The position numbers and the translations under genes are program-made. DNA of 64,000 nt from Bacilli bacterium. Lineage in GTDB: Bacteria; Bacillota_I; Bacilli_A; RF39; UBA660. The notes below the pieces were generated by a model, which was given only the letters and a program-made list of their open reading frames with translations, ran no database searches and was not told the DNA's origin. The DNA lies in the NCBI GenBank assembly GCA_017460745.1, contig JAFUAL010000042.1, positions 14,983 through 78,982 on the forward strand, read 5' to 3'. Of the stretch, positions 19,816 through 30,088 are shown one piece after another (the first letter of the stretch is position 1; each line of letters starts with the position of its first letter).

Positions 19816-20723
19816 TGTACGACATTATAATTGTTGGAGCAGGGCCAGCAGGACTTACTGCAGCTATTTATGCACGTCGTGCTTCAAAGAAAGTATTAGT
19901 ACTGGAAGCTAAAAGTTATGGTGGACAAATTATTAATACTTTAGATATAGCAAATTATCCAGTTGAAGCTCACATATCAGGTTTTGAATTTGCAACTAAA
20001 CTTTATAATCAAGCTAAAGACTTAGGTACGGAATTTATTTTTGAAAAAGTAACTAATATAAATGATAAAGAACATGAAAAAGAGGTTGTAACGACTAAGA
20101 ATACTTATAAAGCAAAAGCTGTTATCTTAGCAACCGGAGCAGATAATAGAAAACTAGGACTTGATAATGAAGAGGAACTAGTTGGAAAAGGTGTTTCTTA
20201 TTGTGCTACTTGTGATGGAGCATTTTATAAAAATAAAAATGTTGCCGTTGTAGGTGGTGGTAATACTGCACTTGAGGATGCTTTATATTTAACTGATATT
20301 GCATCTAAAGTATACTTGATTCATAGAAGAGACGAATTTCGAGGAGAAGATACAACTGTAAGTCTTTTAAAAGAAAAAGATAATATTGAATTTATTTATA
20401 ATAGCAATGTTACTAAATTAAATGCAAATGATAGACTAGAAAGTATTGAAGTAACTGATAAAGATGGAAAAACTAAAACAATAGAAGTATCAGGAATATT
20501 TGTTGCAGTTGGAAGAATTCCTGAAAACGAAAACTTCCGCAGGTTAATTAATTTAGATGATAAAGGATATGTTATTGCTGAAGAAGATTGTAATACAAAC
20601 GTAGAAGGAATATTTGTTGCAGGTGATAATAGAAAAAAAGAAGTAAGACAATTAGTTACTGCAACAAGTGATGGAGCAGTTGCTGCTACCAATGCAATTA
20701 AATATATCAACAACCTTAAATAA
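19815..20723 (+). CDS. trxB: Thioredoxin-disulfide reductase
   Basis: GAGPAGLTAAIYA, CATCDG redox centre, GGGNTALEDA. Confidence 0.95.
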   Translation: MYDIIIVGAGPAGLTAAIYARRASKKVLVLEAKSYGGQIINTLDIANYPVEAHISGFEFATKLYNQAKDLGTEFIFEKVTNINDKEHEKEVVTTKNTYKAKAVILATGADNRKLGLDNEEELVGKGVSYCATCDGAFYKNKNVAVVGGGNTALEDALYLTDIASKVYLIHRRDEFRGEDTTVSLLKEKDNIEFIYNSNVTKLNANDRLESIEVTDKDGKTKTIEVSGIFVAVGRIPENENFRRLINLDDKGYVIAEEDCNTNVEGIFVAGDNRKKEVRQLVTATSDGAVAATNAIKYINNLK

Positions 20724-20736
20724 TTTTGTTAAACTT

Positions 20737-20765
20737 AGACTATAAATATAGTCTTTTCTATTTTA
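20737..20765 (+). terminator. Rho-independent terminator after trxB
   Basis: AGACTATA-aa-TATAGTCT perfect hairpin followed by TTTTCTATTTT. Confidence 0.7.
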
Positions 20766-20828
20766 ATAAAATAAATAAAACATATAATTAATTGTTGAAA
20801 ATATTTAATTTATGTAAAGGAGGCATTA

Positions 20829-21782
20829 ATGGATGTAGTAAAAAATATTTCAGTAATATTTATATCTATTTTTTTTGAGAGTTTACCATTTTTACTTTTA
20901 GGATCGTTTTTATCTGCATGTATTGAAACATATGTATCTAATGAAACAATTGCCAAAATTATACCTAAAAATAAAATATTAGGTTCTATCGTTGGTGTAT
21001 TTTTAGGATTTTTCTTGCCTGCTTGCGATTGTGCAGTTATTCCTGTTTCTAAAAGATTATTAAAGAAGGAGGTTCCTATAAACGTTGCAATTTCATTTAT
21101 GTTAGCCTCTCCAATTATTAATCCTGTTGTTTTACTTTCAACTTATAATGCATTTTATAGAACAAGTCCTGAAATATTTTGGTATCGAATGCTTTTTGGT
21201 ATTATAATTTCACTTTTAGTAGGTATTGTTATGGGAATAATTTTTGGTAAGAAAGAAGTTATAATTAATAGATTAATAGATGATGAAGATGAATGTTCAC
21301 ATTGTAACAATCATGAAGAAAATAGTAGTATAAAACATTGTCAATGTAATCATGAGCATAAAAAACATTCTAGCTTTAAGCATAATATTTTATCTATTTG
21401 TAAGCATACAGCTATTGATACATTTGAAGTAGTTAAGTACTTAATGTTTGGAGCTTTAATAGCAAGTTTTGTTCAAGTTTTATTACCAAGAAGTGTATTA
21501 ACAGTTTTTAACAATAATGAAGTTTTATCTATAATTACTTTAATGTTATTTGCCTATTTAATTTCACTTTGTTCAACATCAGATTCTTTTGTTGGAAAAT
21601 CTCTTTTAAAAACATTTAGTAAAAGTTCAATTATTGCCTATTTATTATTAGGCCCAATGATTGATATTAAAAATACTGTTGTATTACTAGGTAATTATAA
21701 AAAGAATTTTGTGTGGACTTTAATATTTTTAATTTTTGTAGTTATTTTTGTATTTAGTTTATTGGTGGTGAAAATACTATGA
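20829..21782 (+). CDS. DUF318-type permease (two-component membrane permease, large subunit) with a His/Cys-rich loop
   Basis: Polytopic membrane protein with PACDCAVIPV. The central loop is CSHCNNHEENSSIKHCQCNHEHKKH. Confidence 0.75.
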   Translation: MDVVKNISVIFISIFFESLPFLLLGSFLSACIETYVSNETIAKIIPKNKILGSIVGVFLGFFLPACDCAVIPVSKRLLKKEVPINVAISFMLASPIINPVVLLSTYNAFYRTSPEIFWYRMLFGIIISLLVGIVMGIIFGKKEVIINRLIDDEDECSHCNNHEENSSIKHCQCNHEHKKHSSFKHNILSICKHTAIDTFEVVKYLMFGALIASFVQVLLPRSVLTVFNNNEVLSIITLMLFAYLISLCSTSDSFVGKSLLKTFSKSSIIAYLLLGPMIDIKNTVVLLGNYKKNFVWTLIFLIFVVIFVFSLLVVKIL

Positions 21783-22609
21783 AAAAAAGATTTTTAGGAA
21801 TAGTTGCTATAGTTTATTCATGTATAATTCTTTATGTTTGGATATTCGATATACTTAAAAACTTTTTAGCACCAAGTATGCAAATTTACATTAAGTTATC
21901 ATTGATACCGATGTTTTTAATTAGTTTAGTAATGTTATTTAATAATAAAGTTAATTATAAATTTAAAATAAGTGACTTAGTTTTAATATTACCACTTGTA
22001 TTATTAATATTAGCAGGGGATGGTAGATTAACATCTAGTTTTGCAAGTAATAGAACAACTAATTTTAATACTGAAAATAGAATTAAAAATGAAAATGATA
22101 ATGTAGTAGTAAGTAATGAAAATGAAGACAATTTACAAGAATTAAATATAGAAGGAGTAAGTGAGGAGCATGATTTCTCAAGTCCATATTTTAATATAGT
22201 TGATGCCAATTATAATGAATTATCAAATTATATAACTTTTTCACCTAAAGCCGATAAGTATAAAGGAAAAACAATAAAAGTACGAGGATTTGCTTTAACA
22301 AAAGCATCATTTATAACAGATGATTATTTTTTAATTGGAAAATATGCTATTAGTTGTTGTGCAGCGGATGCAGGATTTACTGGATTTGTTGTAAAACATA
22401 ATGATAATAAAATTTTAAATGATAAGTGGTATGAAATAGAAGGTATTTTAGAAAAGGGTAAAGATAAAGATGGATATGACATTATGTATATTGAAGTTAT
22501 AAATCTAAAAGAGATTGATAGCAAAGATGAAGAGCAATATGTATATCCATGTTATTCCTATGATGATGGTACATGTGAGGCCATATCAGTGTATGATTTG
22601 GAATATTAG
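21779..22609 (+). CDS. TIGR03943-like partner subunit of the two-component permease
   Basis: ATGA overlap with the permease gene. Three N-terminal TM helices and a C-terminal soluble domain with CCAADAGF, as in YcgQ-type partners. Confidence 0.65.
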   Translation: MKKRFLGIVAIVYSCIILYVWIFDILKNFLAPSMQIYIKLSLIPMFLISLVMLFNNKVNYKFKISDLVLILPLVLLILAGDGRLTSSFASNRTTNFNTENRIKNENDNVVVSNENEDNLQELNIEGVSEEHDFSSPYFNIVDANYNELSNYITFSPKADKYKGKTIKVRGFALTKASFITDDYFLIGKYAISCCAADAGFTGFVVKHNDNKILNDKWYEIEGILEKGKDKDGYDIMYIEVINLKEIDSKDEEQYVYPCYSYDDGTCEAISVYDLEY

Positions 22610-22626
22610 TAATTTATAAATATGGG

Positions 22627-22650
22627 GATACTTTTTTAAGTATCTTTTTT
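22627..22650 (+). terminator. Rho-independent terminator at the left edge of the accessory island
   Basis: GATACTT-tttt-AAGTATC followed by T6. Confidence 0.7.
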
Positions 22651-22693
22651 ATGAAAAAAACAAGTTTAGTAGTATAATGTTTTTGGTGATATT

Positions 22694-23421
22694 ATGTGGG
22701 AACTTTTAGAAAAATTTAATTACATGTTATTAACGAGTCCTATATACTGGACATTAATTATTGTATGTATTATTATAATATTTGTAGGTACCAAATATTA
22801 TAATGAAATAATTGGCTGGTTTGGAGAAAAATGGACACGTAAAGAACTTAATAAATTAGATAAAAGTAAATATGTAATTTTAAACGATATGATGATTTTA
22901 GTAAAAATAAAACATACCAAATAGATCATATTGTATTATTAAAATATGGAATTTTTGTTATTGAAACCAAACAGTTTAATGGTTATATTACAGGTGAAAA
23001 GTATGATAATAAGTGGGTAAGACATTTAAAAGGAAATAAAAAAATTTATTATAGCAATCCTATAAGACAAAATTATGGTCATGTTAAAGCAATATGTGAA
23101 TTATTAAATATTAATGAAGATAAAGTATTTAATATTGTATGCATAACTAGTAATGCTAAATTAAATATTAAACATGATGGAGAAATAATATTAATAAAAA
23201 AATAATTTATTATTGAATTAAAAAATAAAATAATTATTAACAACATAGTCGATAAAAATAAAAGAAAAGAACCTGTTGAAGTGATAAATAAAACAAAAAT
23301 GAAATATGATATTAATACTTGTCCTAAATGTGGTGGTATTTTAGTAGAAAGAAAAAGTGAATATGGTAAATTTATTGGTTGCAATAATTATCTTAAAATG
23401 TAAATATACTAGAAAAATATA
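22694..23421 (+). pseudogene. NERD-domain nuclease with C-terminal topoisomerase-type zinc ribbon, inactivated by three lesions
   Basis: Frame 2 gives the TM helix plus GEKWTRKELNKL...YVILNDMMILVK, then a stop at 22922. Frame 1 continues KTYQIDHIVLLKYGIFVIETKQFNGYITG...NPIRQNYGHVKAI (NERD core). There is an in-frame TAA at 23203. CPKCGGILVERKSEYGKFIGCNNYLK then breaks at an A-run; removing one A restores ...YLKCKYT. Confidence 0.8.
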
Positions 23422-23711
23422 ATTGTGGTAAATTAATAAAAATAATTTATAACAATTATTATCATATATATAATGAAAATGAAATAATATTTTATTACTA
23501 TTACTTCGTGTCTTTGAGTTGCTTTTTTAATGTAATCTCATACGATTTATAAAGAAATGAATTTGTTGATTAACCTTTGAAATAACATAATAATTGAAAA
23601 AAATTAGTCAAATTATTGCAATATTTGGTAAAATATTACTATAAGTACTATTCAAAATGTTATATTATATGATATACTGTCTATATAGGATAGGTGTAAT
23701 GGTGATTAATT

Positions 23712-24827
23712 ATGAATAAAATACGAGTTTTTGAAACATTCTCAGGAATTGGTGCCCAAAACAAGGCATTGAGAAATATTGGAATTGATTATGAAATAGT
23801 TGCAACAAGTGATTGGTTTGTTGATGCTATTTTGGCATATGATGCAATACATTGTAAAGGTACAAAAATTAATGTACCATCATATAAAAAACAAATAGAA
23901 TATTTATCAAAATTTACATTCAGTTGTGATTCTGTAAAGCCATATCGTAATTTAGCAAAAAAAGGTGCAGAAGAAATTAAAAAATTATATATTGCAAATA
24001 AACGAACAAAGAATCTTGGGTCAATAACAGAAATTAAAGCGAAAGATATACCTGATCATGATTTGTTAACATATAGCTTTCCTTGTCAAGATTTATCTAC
24101 TGGTGGAAAAACAAGAGGGATGAGCAAGGGCTCAGGGACTAGATCAGGATTGTTATGGGAAATAGAAAGAATATTAACTGAATTAAATGAAGAGAATAGA
24201 TTGCCTAAGTATTTGTTAATGGAAAATGTTAAAGCTATTCTTGCTGAATCCAATAAAAAAGATTTTAAAATGTGGCAAGATTTTTTAGAAAATTTGGGAT
24301 ATAAAAATGAAGTTATGGTTTTATCAGGAAAATATTTTGGGGTACCTCAGGATAGGGCAAGATGTTTTATGGTTAGTGAATTAGGAAGACAACCAGAAAT
24401 AGAATCAAGACTGAAACTTTCATTATACCCAGAAGAGGATATAAGTAAATTTTTAAGAACTGATTATACTGACCCAGTATATAAACAGGAGGCAGATGAT
24501 GCACAATTACGTAAAACCGATTCGAGAGAAAGAATGTGGAAAGTTAATCAAAGAGATATCAAAAATTTAAAGTATTTTAATACTATAACGTGCAACATGG
24601 ATAGACAAAACAATGCAGGTATGATATTATATGATGGACCCAAAGGGAAGTCTTATCGTTTATTGACAGCACGTGAAGCATTTTTGCTGATGGGATTTTC
24701 TGAAGAAGACTTTGAAAATGTAAAAAAACTTGGATTAAGTTATAGAAAAATGATTAAATTAGCAGGTAATTCAATTGTTGTGCCTGTTTTAGAAGCAATA
24801 TTTAAGGTAATGTTTGAGGAGAAATAA
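23712..24827 (+). CDS. dcm: DNA (cytosine-5)-methyltransferase
   Basis: Motif I FETFSGIGA, motif IV FPCQDLS, motif VI ENVKAIL, QDRARCF, GNSIVVPV. Confidence 0.95.
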   Translation: MNKIRVFETFSGIGAQNKALRNIGIDYEIVATSDWFVDAILAYDAIHCKGTKINVPSYKKQIEYLSKFTFSCDSVKPYRNLAKKGAEEIKKLYIANKRTKNLGSITEIKAKDIPDHDLLTYSFPCQDLSTGGKTRGMSKGSGTRSGLLWEIERILTELNEENRLPKYLLMENVKAILAESNKKDFKMWQDFLENLGYKNEVMVLSGKYFGVPQDRARCFMVSELGRQPEIESRLKLSLYPEEDISKFLRTDYTDPVYKQEADDAQLRKTDSRERMWKVNQRDIKNLKYFNTITCNMDRQNNAGMILYDGPKGKSYRLLTAREAFLLMGFSEEDFENVKKLGLSYRKMIKLAGNSIVVPVLEAIFKVMFEEK

Positions 24828-24828
24828 G

Positions 24829-25857
24829 ATGAATAGAGTAGTTCTGCCAATTGATAAAAAATCTTTATTTTTGAATATATTTAATGATAATGAATATGGG
24901 CATACTGCAACTGTATCAACTCCAATTAAGCAAGGGAATTCTACAAATGAAAAATTAGCTCAAATATTCAAAGTTCCAAAACAAATAGATTTTAATGCAA
25001 AACCATTATTAGTTGATGAATTAATAAAAAACTCTAAATCTAAAATAAAAATTAATAATGTATTTTTGTTTGATAAAATTGCTGTAAATGGTGAACTAAT
25101 CGAAACTGGGAAAATTTTATATTGCATGTACATTAAGGAAGAAGTAGATTCTTCCAAAGCACAATATGGAAGGATTAAACTTCATTACCCATTAGGATTA
25201 AAATATGAAGATAGTGACATTGATATAGACAATAAATATATTATTAATCTTATTTCAAAGAAAGTATTTAATTATGCTTTTATAGTAAATAGTTTTGAAT
25301 ATGACTTTGATAATGATATATTGAATTTTAATATAACAATTATTGGGGAAAACAAAATACCATACTCAAAAGTTTTTATCAATAATAAAGGAACAGGAAA
25401 CAAATTTAATAGTATTTTTAATGAATTCGCTGAATCTTATGATATGGAAATTATCTCATTAAGACAAAAATTTGGACAAGAAATCGGTCCTGATAATTAT
25501 TTAGAATACATGGAGATAGCAAAAGATAAAGCAATGGCCGAAGTGGAACTATATGCTAGAAAAAAGTATAAAAATGATGTGACTAATATATCGTTACCAT
25601 ATCCTTATTCGTTATATGATTTTGAATGTAGAGAAGGATATACCACTAAATATTATTTAGTATTTTATACTACATCTAATAATGAATACTTTAATATATC
25701 GTCAAAAAAACTTAAATTTATTAATGATTTTAAAAATAATGTAGAAATATTAGTAATGACAAACATTTTGAACGAGCCAAAAATATCAAAGTATAACGTA
25801 GAGCAAATATTGACATTTTCAAAAAGTATAAATTCAGTAATGCTTAGAAAGGAGTAA
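24829..25857 (+). CDS. Hypothetical protein (343 aa) between Dcm and the GHKL ATPase; possible MzaA-equivalent
   Basis: Start set at ATG 24829 (RBS GAGGAG 8 nt upstream, 1 nt after the dcm stop). No clear motif. The C-terminal YDFECREGYTTKYYLVFYTT...FNISSKKLKF is weakly reminiscent of a PD-(D/E)XK/DUF3883-type core. Confidence 0.6.
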   Translation: MNRVVLPIDKKSLFLNIFNDNEYGHTATVSTPIKQGNSTNEKLAQIFKVPKQIDFNAKPLLVDELIKNSKSKIKINNVFLFDKIAVNGELIETGKILYCMYIKEEVDSSKAQYGRIKLHYPLGLKYEDSDIDIDNKYIINLISKKVFNYAFIVNSFEYDFDNDILNFNITIIGENKIPYSKVFINNKGTGNKFNSIFNEFAESYDMEIISLRQKFGQEIGPDNYLEYMEIAKDKAMAEVELYARKKYKNDVTNISLPYPYSLYDFECREGYTTKYYLVFYTTSNNEYFNISSKKLKFINDFKNNVEILVMTNILNEPKISKYNVEQILTFSKSINSVMLRKE

Positions 25858-25860
25858 TCT

Positions 25861-27315
25861 ATGGGAAAGTATATTACACAAATTCCACCAGCTAAATCAT
25901 TAATTAGTGGAATAAGATCAATTGGATATAGTTTTGCATCTTCTGTTGCAGATATTATAGATAATAGTATCACAGCAAAGGCTTCTGAAATAAATGTATA
26001 TGCTGATCCGTTAGATGAACCATATTTTGTGATCTTGGACAATGGGCTAGGAATGAATTATGATGAATTAAAAAACGCAATGACATTTGGATCAGACAGA
26101 AGTAACAAGATAGATAATGAACTAGATTTGGGAAGATTTGGTCTTGGATTAAAGTCAGCATCTTTATCACAATGTCGAAAAATGATGGTTATTAGTAAAG
26201 AAAAAGATAGTATAAATGGTATGTGTTATGATTTAGAAATAATTGAAGCTCAAAATGATTGGGTGCTTGAAGTACTAGACGAAGATGAAATTAAAAGAAT
26301 GCCGTGTTTTGAACAATTAAATAAATATGAGACTGGAACATTAGTTATTTGGCAGAATTTTGATAAATTAGATGCATTAGCCACTAATTTTGTAACCTCT
26401 TTTAGAAATGCAGTTGCTGATGCAAAAAAACATGTTGAGTTAGTATTTCACTATTATTATGATTCAGTTAGTATTTATTTTAATAATGATAGGATTGAAA
26501 AAAGAGATCCATTTTTAATTAATTCAGCTCCTAGACAGCAAACCGGTAGGACAGACCCTATAATAATGAATGGTTCAATTATTACAATTACACCTTATAC
26601 GCTACCTTTTGCCAATACATTAACACAAGAAGAAAAAAAATTATTAGGAAATACAAATATATATGATGAACAGGGCTTTTATATTTATAGAAATAAAAGA
26701 CTTATAATTTGGGGAAGTTGGCTCCATATGAATGTTAGAAGTGAGTTAAGCAAATTAGCTCGTGTTAAAATAGAGATACCTTCTACATTAGATAAAGAAT
26801 GGAGCCTAGATGTAAAAAAATCAACTGCAAAAATCCCAGACAAAATAAAAGATCAAATAAAAGCTTCTCTTGAGGACTCAATACACAGAAGTAAAAGAAC
26901 AACAAGATTCAAAGGGGTAAAAGAGCAGCAATTTGAAGACAAGGTGTGGAATAGAATAAATTTAAGAGATGGTTTTGTTAAATATGAATTGAATAAGGAA
27001 AATCCATTATACAAGTTGTTATCAGAAAATCTTTCAGAAACAGATAAAAGATTATTGGATTCCTTTATATTTCAAATTGAGACTGGGTTACCAAAGTATT
27101 CAATACAAAACGACACTCTAGATGATTTGAAAATTATAAATGATAGTGATAGTAATACACCAGAAGAATTAGTTGAGAGAGTATGCAAAGATTTGGAATG
27201 CGTACCGAGCTCCAAAAAAGAAGCAATATTGGATGAATTACTTAAAACAGATGTATATAAGAGTATTTCTGATAAAAGAGATTTAATAATTGAGAGGATT
27301 GGTGTTTATGTCTGA
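25861..27315 (+). CDS. GHKL-superfamily ATPase (HATPase_c_3; MORC/MutL-like)
   Basis: Bergerat-fold motifs: N-box ADIIDNSITAKA, G1 LDNGLGM, G2 LGRFGLGLKSAS. Confidence 0.85.
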   Translation: MGKYITQIPPAKSLISGIRSIGYSFASSVADIIDNSITAKASEINVYADPLDEPYFVILDNGLGMNYDELKNAMTFGSDRSNKIDNELDLGRFGLGLKSASLSQCRKMMVISKEKDSINGMCYDLEIIEAQNDWVLEVLDEDEIKRMPCFEQLNKYETGTLVIWQNFDKLDALATNFVTSFRNAVADAKKHVELVFHYYYDSVSIYFNNDRIEKRDPFLINSAPRQQTGRTDPIIMNGSIITITPYTLPFANTLTQEEKKLLGNTNIYDEQGFYIYRNKRLIIWGSWLHMNVRSELSKLARVKIEIPSTLDKEWSLDVKKSTAKIPDKIKDQIKASLEDSIHRSKRTTRFKGVKEQQFEDKVWNRINLRDGFVKYELNKENPLYKLLSENLSETDKRLLDSFIFQIETGLPKYSIQNDTLDDLKIINDSDSNTPEELVERVCKDLECVPSSKKEAILDELLKTDVYKSISDKRDLIIERIGVYV

Positions 27316-30088
27316 TTTAGAAACAAAAGCATATAGAATGTTAAAAGAATTTTTAAGAGGAGAAAACAAGTCTATAGAAAAAATAAGGGAGGCTATTGAT
27401 ACAATATTAGAAATGAGTATTTTCAAAGAATCAAATATAGAAGATATCAAAAATACTATATATGATGAATATATAACTAATATTGGAATTGTAAATCCTG
27501 ATGCAGAATTTCTTGTTAAAGATAAAGATTTCAATAATTGGATGAAATTATCCAATGCTTCTACAAATTGCTTTGATAGATATATGGACTATTTAAGGGA
27601 CATGGATTTTCCGGAAGCCTCAATTGAAAAAATGACTAAGGCAACAAACGATATACTAGCTAGATGTGCCGATCCAAATAATTTAAATGACCATAAGAAC
27701 TCTAAGAAAAAAGGCTTGGTAATGGGAGATATTCAATCTGGAAAAACTGCAAATTACACTGCTTTAATAAATTTGGCTGCTGATTATGGATACAAAGTGA
27801 TAGTACTACTAGCTGGTATGACAGATTCTTTGAGAGAACAAACACAAAAACGTATTGATTCAGGATTTATTGGTGCCAAGAGTGATACCATAAGTAGTTC
27901 AATAATAAATTTTGTAGGCGTAGGAAAAGAAGAAAACAAGTATTATGCCATCCCTTTAACTAATGTTAATTCAGATTTTGGTAAAGTGGTAAGAGAAAAT
28001 CAGAATACCAATTCTAGCGATTTTAATAAACCACTAATATTGGTTATTAAGAAAAATAAAAGTGTATTAAAGCAGGTTAAAGATTATTTAAAACCAGGAA
28101 TTCATGGAATCACTTCAGAAAATATTTTAATTATTGATGATGAGGCTGATAATGCATCTGTTAATACCAAAAATAATGATGATCCATCAATTATTAATAA
28201 GCTAATTCGAGATTTATTCAATAATTTTACTATTGCTTCGTACGTTGGATTTACAGCAACGCCTTTTGCAAATATATTTATAAATCCATATGATGATGAT
28301 TTTAATAAAGATTTATTTCCATCAGACTTTATCGTTCAATTAAGGGAACCTTCATCATATTTTGGAGCAAATAAGGTTTTTAATAATCTTGGAAGTATAG
28401 ATGAGCCTAAATATAAGCATATAGAAATACTAGATCCGCATGAAAAAAACTTTTTACTATTAACACATAAAAAAGATGATGAAATATTTCCTGTTCTACC
28501 TAATAGTTTGAAAAAAGCAATAAATGATTTCATAATTGTAAATGTTATTAGAACATTAAGAGGGAAAGAATTTAAACATAGGACCATGATGATTAATATT
28601 TCTCGTTTTAATGCAATCCAATATAAAATATATGATAAAATCAATGATTATATTGATTTGATGAAAAATACTATATCACAAACTTATAAATCGGATTTTA
28701 ATAGTTTTATTAGAGATCCTTACATGAATGATTTATATGAAGAATATAATGATGAATTTTTCTCTGAAATAAGAGAAGAATTTACATGGGATCAAATTCA
28801 AGAAGGTTTAAATAGTGAGATTCAACAATTTATAGTTACAGTAGTAAATAATAACAATAAGAAAAATAGATTTAATTATGATAATTATGAAAAAGAAGGA
28901 GCTAGAGTAATCGCTATTGGAGGATTTATTCTATCAAGAGGTCTTACTTTAGAGGGATTAATGATAAGCTACTTCAATAGAAAAGCCAATGCTTATGACA
29001 CAGTATTACAGATGTGCAGATGGTTTGGATACAGACCAGGATACGAAGATTTATGCAGAATATATATGACTCAAGAAAATATTGATAATTTTGAGGATGT
29101 CATAGATGCCGTATCAAATTTAAAAGAGCAATTTAAACAAATGGATGTAGAAAATAAAACACCTGAGGATTTTGGATTAATGGTAAAACAATCGCCAGCA
29201 AGACTAAATATGCAAATGTTTATTTCGAGTGGAGAAGAGCTTGAAAAATTTGAAAAGATGGGCATTACTGCTAAAAACAAAATGAGAAGCACCGAGGAAA
29301 AAATAATAACACTGAACTATAGTGGAATTGCTACGGATACATCCAAGTTATTTAATGATAAAGTAAAAAATGAAGAAAACAAAAATACAATCGACTTATT
29401 ATTTAATAGTTTAAAAGATAAAGAATTAAATTTAGAGTATGTTGGTGGGAGATTAATGGTTCAAAGAATACCAAAAGGCATTATTTCTGATTTTATTAGC
29501 AAATTTAAATTACCATTTCTAAATAAGAATTTTGATACAGAGAGTTTATCAGAATATATCAAGAATTCTGTTTTCATGCAAGAATGGGATTTAGTTATAG
29601 CAACGGGTTCTAAGAATGATAATGATTATTGGAACTTTGAAGGCTATAATATACCAGTTATAACTCGTTCATTTGACATGAATTATTCAGATAACATAAT
29701 ACGAATTTCTGGAAATAAAAACAGATTGTATGAACCTGGTATTTTTAATAGTGGTTTGAATGATAAACAATTGTCACAGGCAAATATGAACATGGTTTAT
29801 CATGAAAGAAAAAATCTTATTGCAGAAGACTATTTAAATATTCAAAGGCGTCCATTATTAGTAATATACCCAATTAGGTTAAAAAAGAAAAAGAATTCAC
29901 CAGTCAATGATTCTGAAATGAAAGCAATTAATAATTTTAATAATGGAACCCCATTGTTCGGAATTGCTTTAGGTTTTCCTGGTATTAAAACAAATGAAAG
30001 AGTTAGCTACAGACTAAATAAAGTTAAGATTGAGCAATTATCTCTTGATTTTGAGTATGAGGAGGAATATGATCCTAATGAAGATTAA
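27308..30088 (+). CDS. Z1-domain protein (SF2 helicase-like P-loop NTPase)
   Basis: Start at ATG 27308, overlapping the GHKL stop by 8 nt. Walker A GDIQSGKTANYT, DExx box IIDDEADNAS, GFTATPFAN. Z1 signature RGLTLEGLMISYFNRKANAYDTVLQMCRWFGYRPGYEDLCRIY. Confidence 0.85.
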   Translation: MSDLETKAYRMLKEFLRGENKSIEKIREAIDTILEMSIFKESNIEDIKNTIYDEYITNIGIVNPDAEFLVKDKDFNNWMKLSNASTNCFDRYMDYLRDMDFPEASIEKMTKATNDILARCADPNNLNDHKNSKKKGLVMGDIQSGKTANYTALINLAADYGYKVIVLLAGMTDSLREQTQKRIDSGFIGAKSDTISSSIINFVGVGKEENKYYAIPLTNVNSDFGKVVRENQNTNSSDFNKPLILVIKKNKSVLKQVKDYLKPGIHGITSENILIIDDEADNASVNTKNNDDPSIINKLIRDLFNNFTIASYVGFTATPFANIFINPYDDDFNKDLFPSDFIVQLREPSSYFGANKVFNNLGSIDEPKYKHIEILDPHEKNFLLLTHKKDDEIFPVLPNSLKKAINDFIIVNVIRTLRGKEFKHRTMMINISRFNAIQYKIYDKINDYIDLMKNTISQTYKSDFNSFIRDPYMNDLYEEYNDEFFSEIREEFTWDQIQEGLNSEIQQFIVTVVNNNNKKNRFNYDNYEKEGARVIAIGGFILSRGLTLEGLMISYFNRKANAYDTVLQMCRWFGYRPGYEDLCRIYMTQENIDNFEDVIDAVSNLKEQFKQMDVENKTPEDFGLMVKQSPARLNMQMFISSGEELEKFEKMGITAKNKMRSTEEKIITLNYSGIATDTSKLFNDKVKNEENKNTIDLLFNSLKDKELNLEYVGGRLMVQRIPKGIISDFISKFKLPFLNKNFDTESLSEYIKNSVFMQEWDLVIATGSKNDNDYWNFEGYNIPVITRSFDMNYSDNIIRISGNKNRLYEPGIFNSGLNDKQLSQANMNMVYHERKNLIAEDYLNIQRRPLLVIYPIRLKKKKNSPVNDSEMKAINNFNNGTPLFGIALGFPGIKTNERVSYRLNKVKIEQLSLDFEYEEEYDPNED

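Noticed and set aside
23079-23384. 101-aa minus-strand ORF in the gap after the permease operon.
   Set aside because: It is antisense to the reconstructed NERD pseudogene, whose plus-strand translation has clear family motifs. The minus-strand product is hydrophobic low-complexity sequence.
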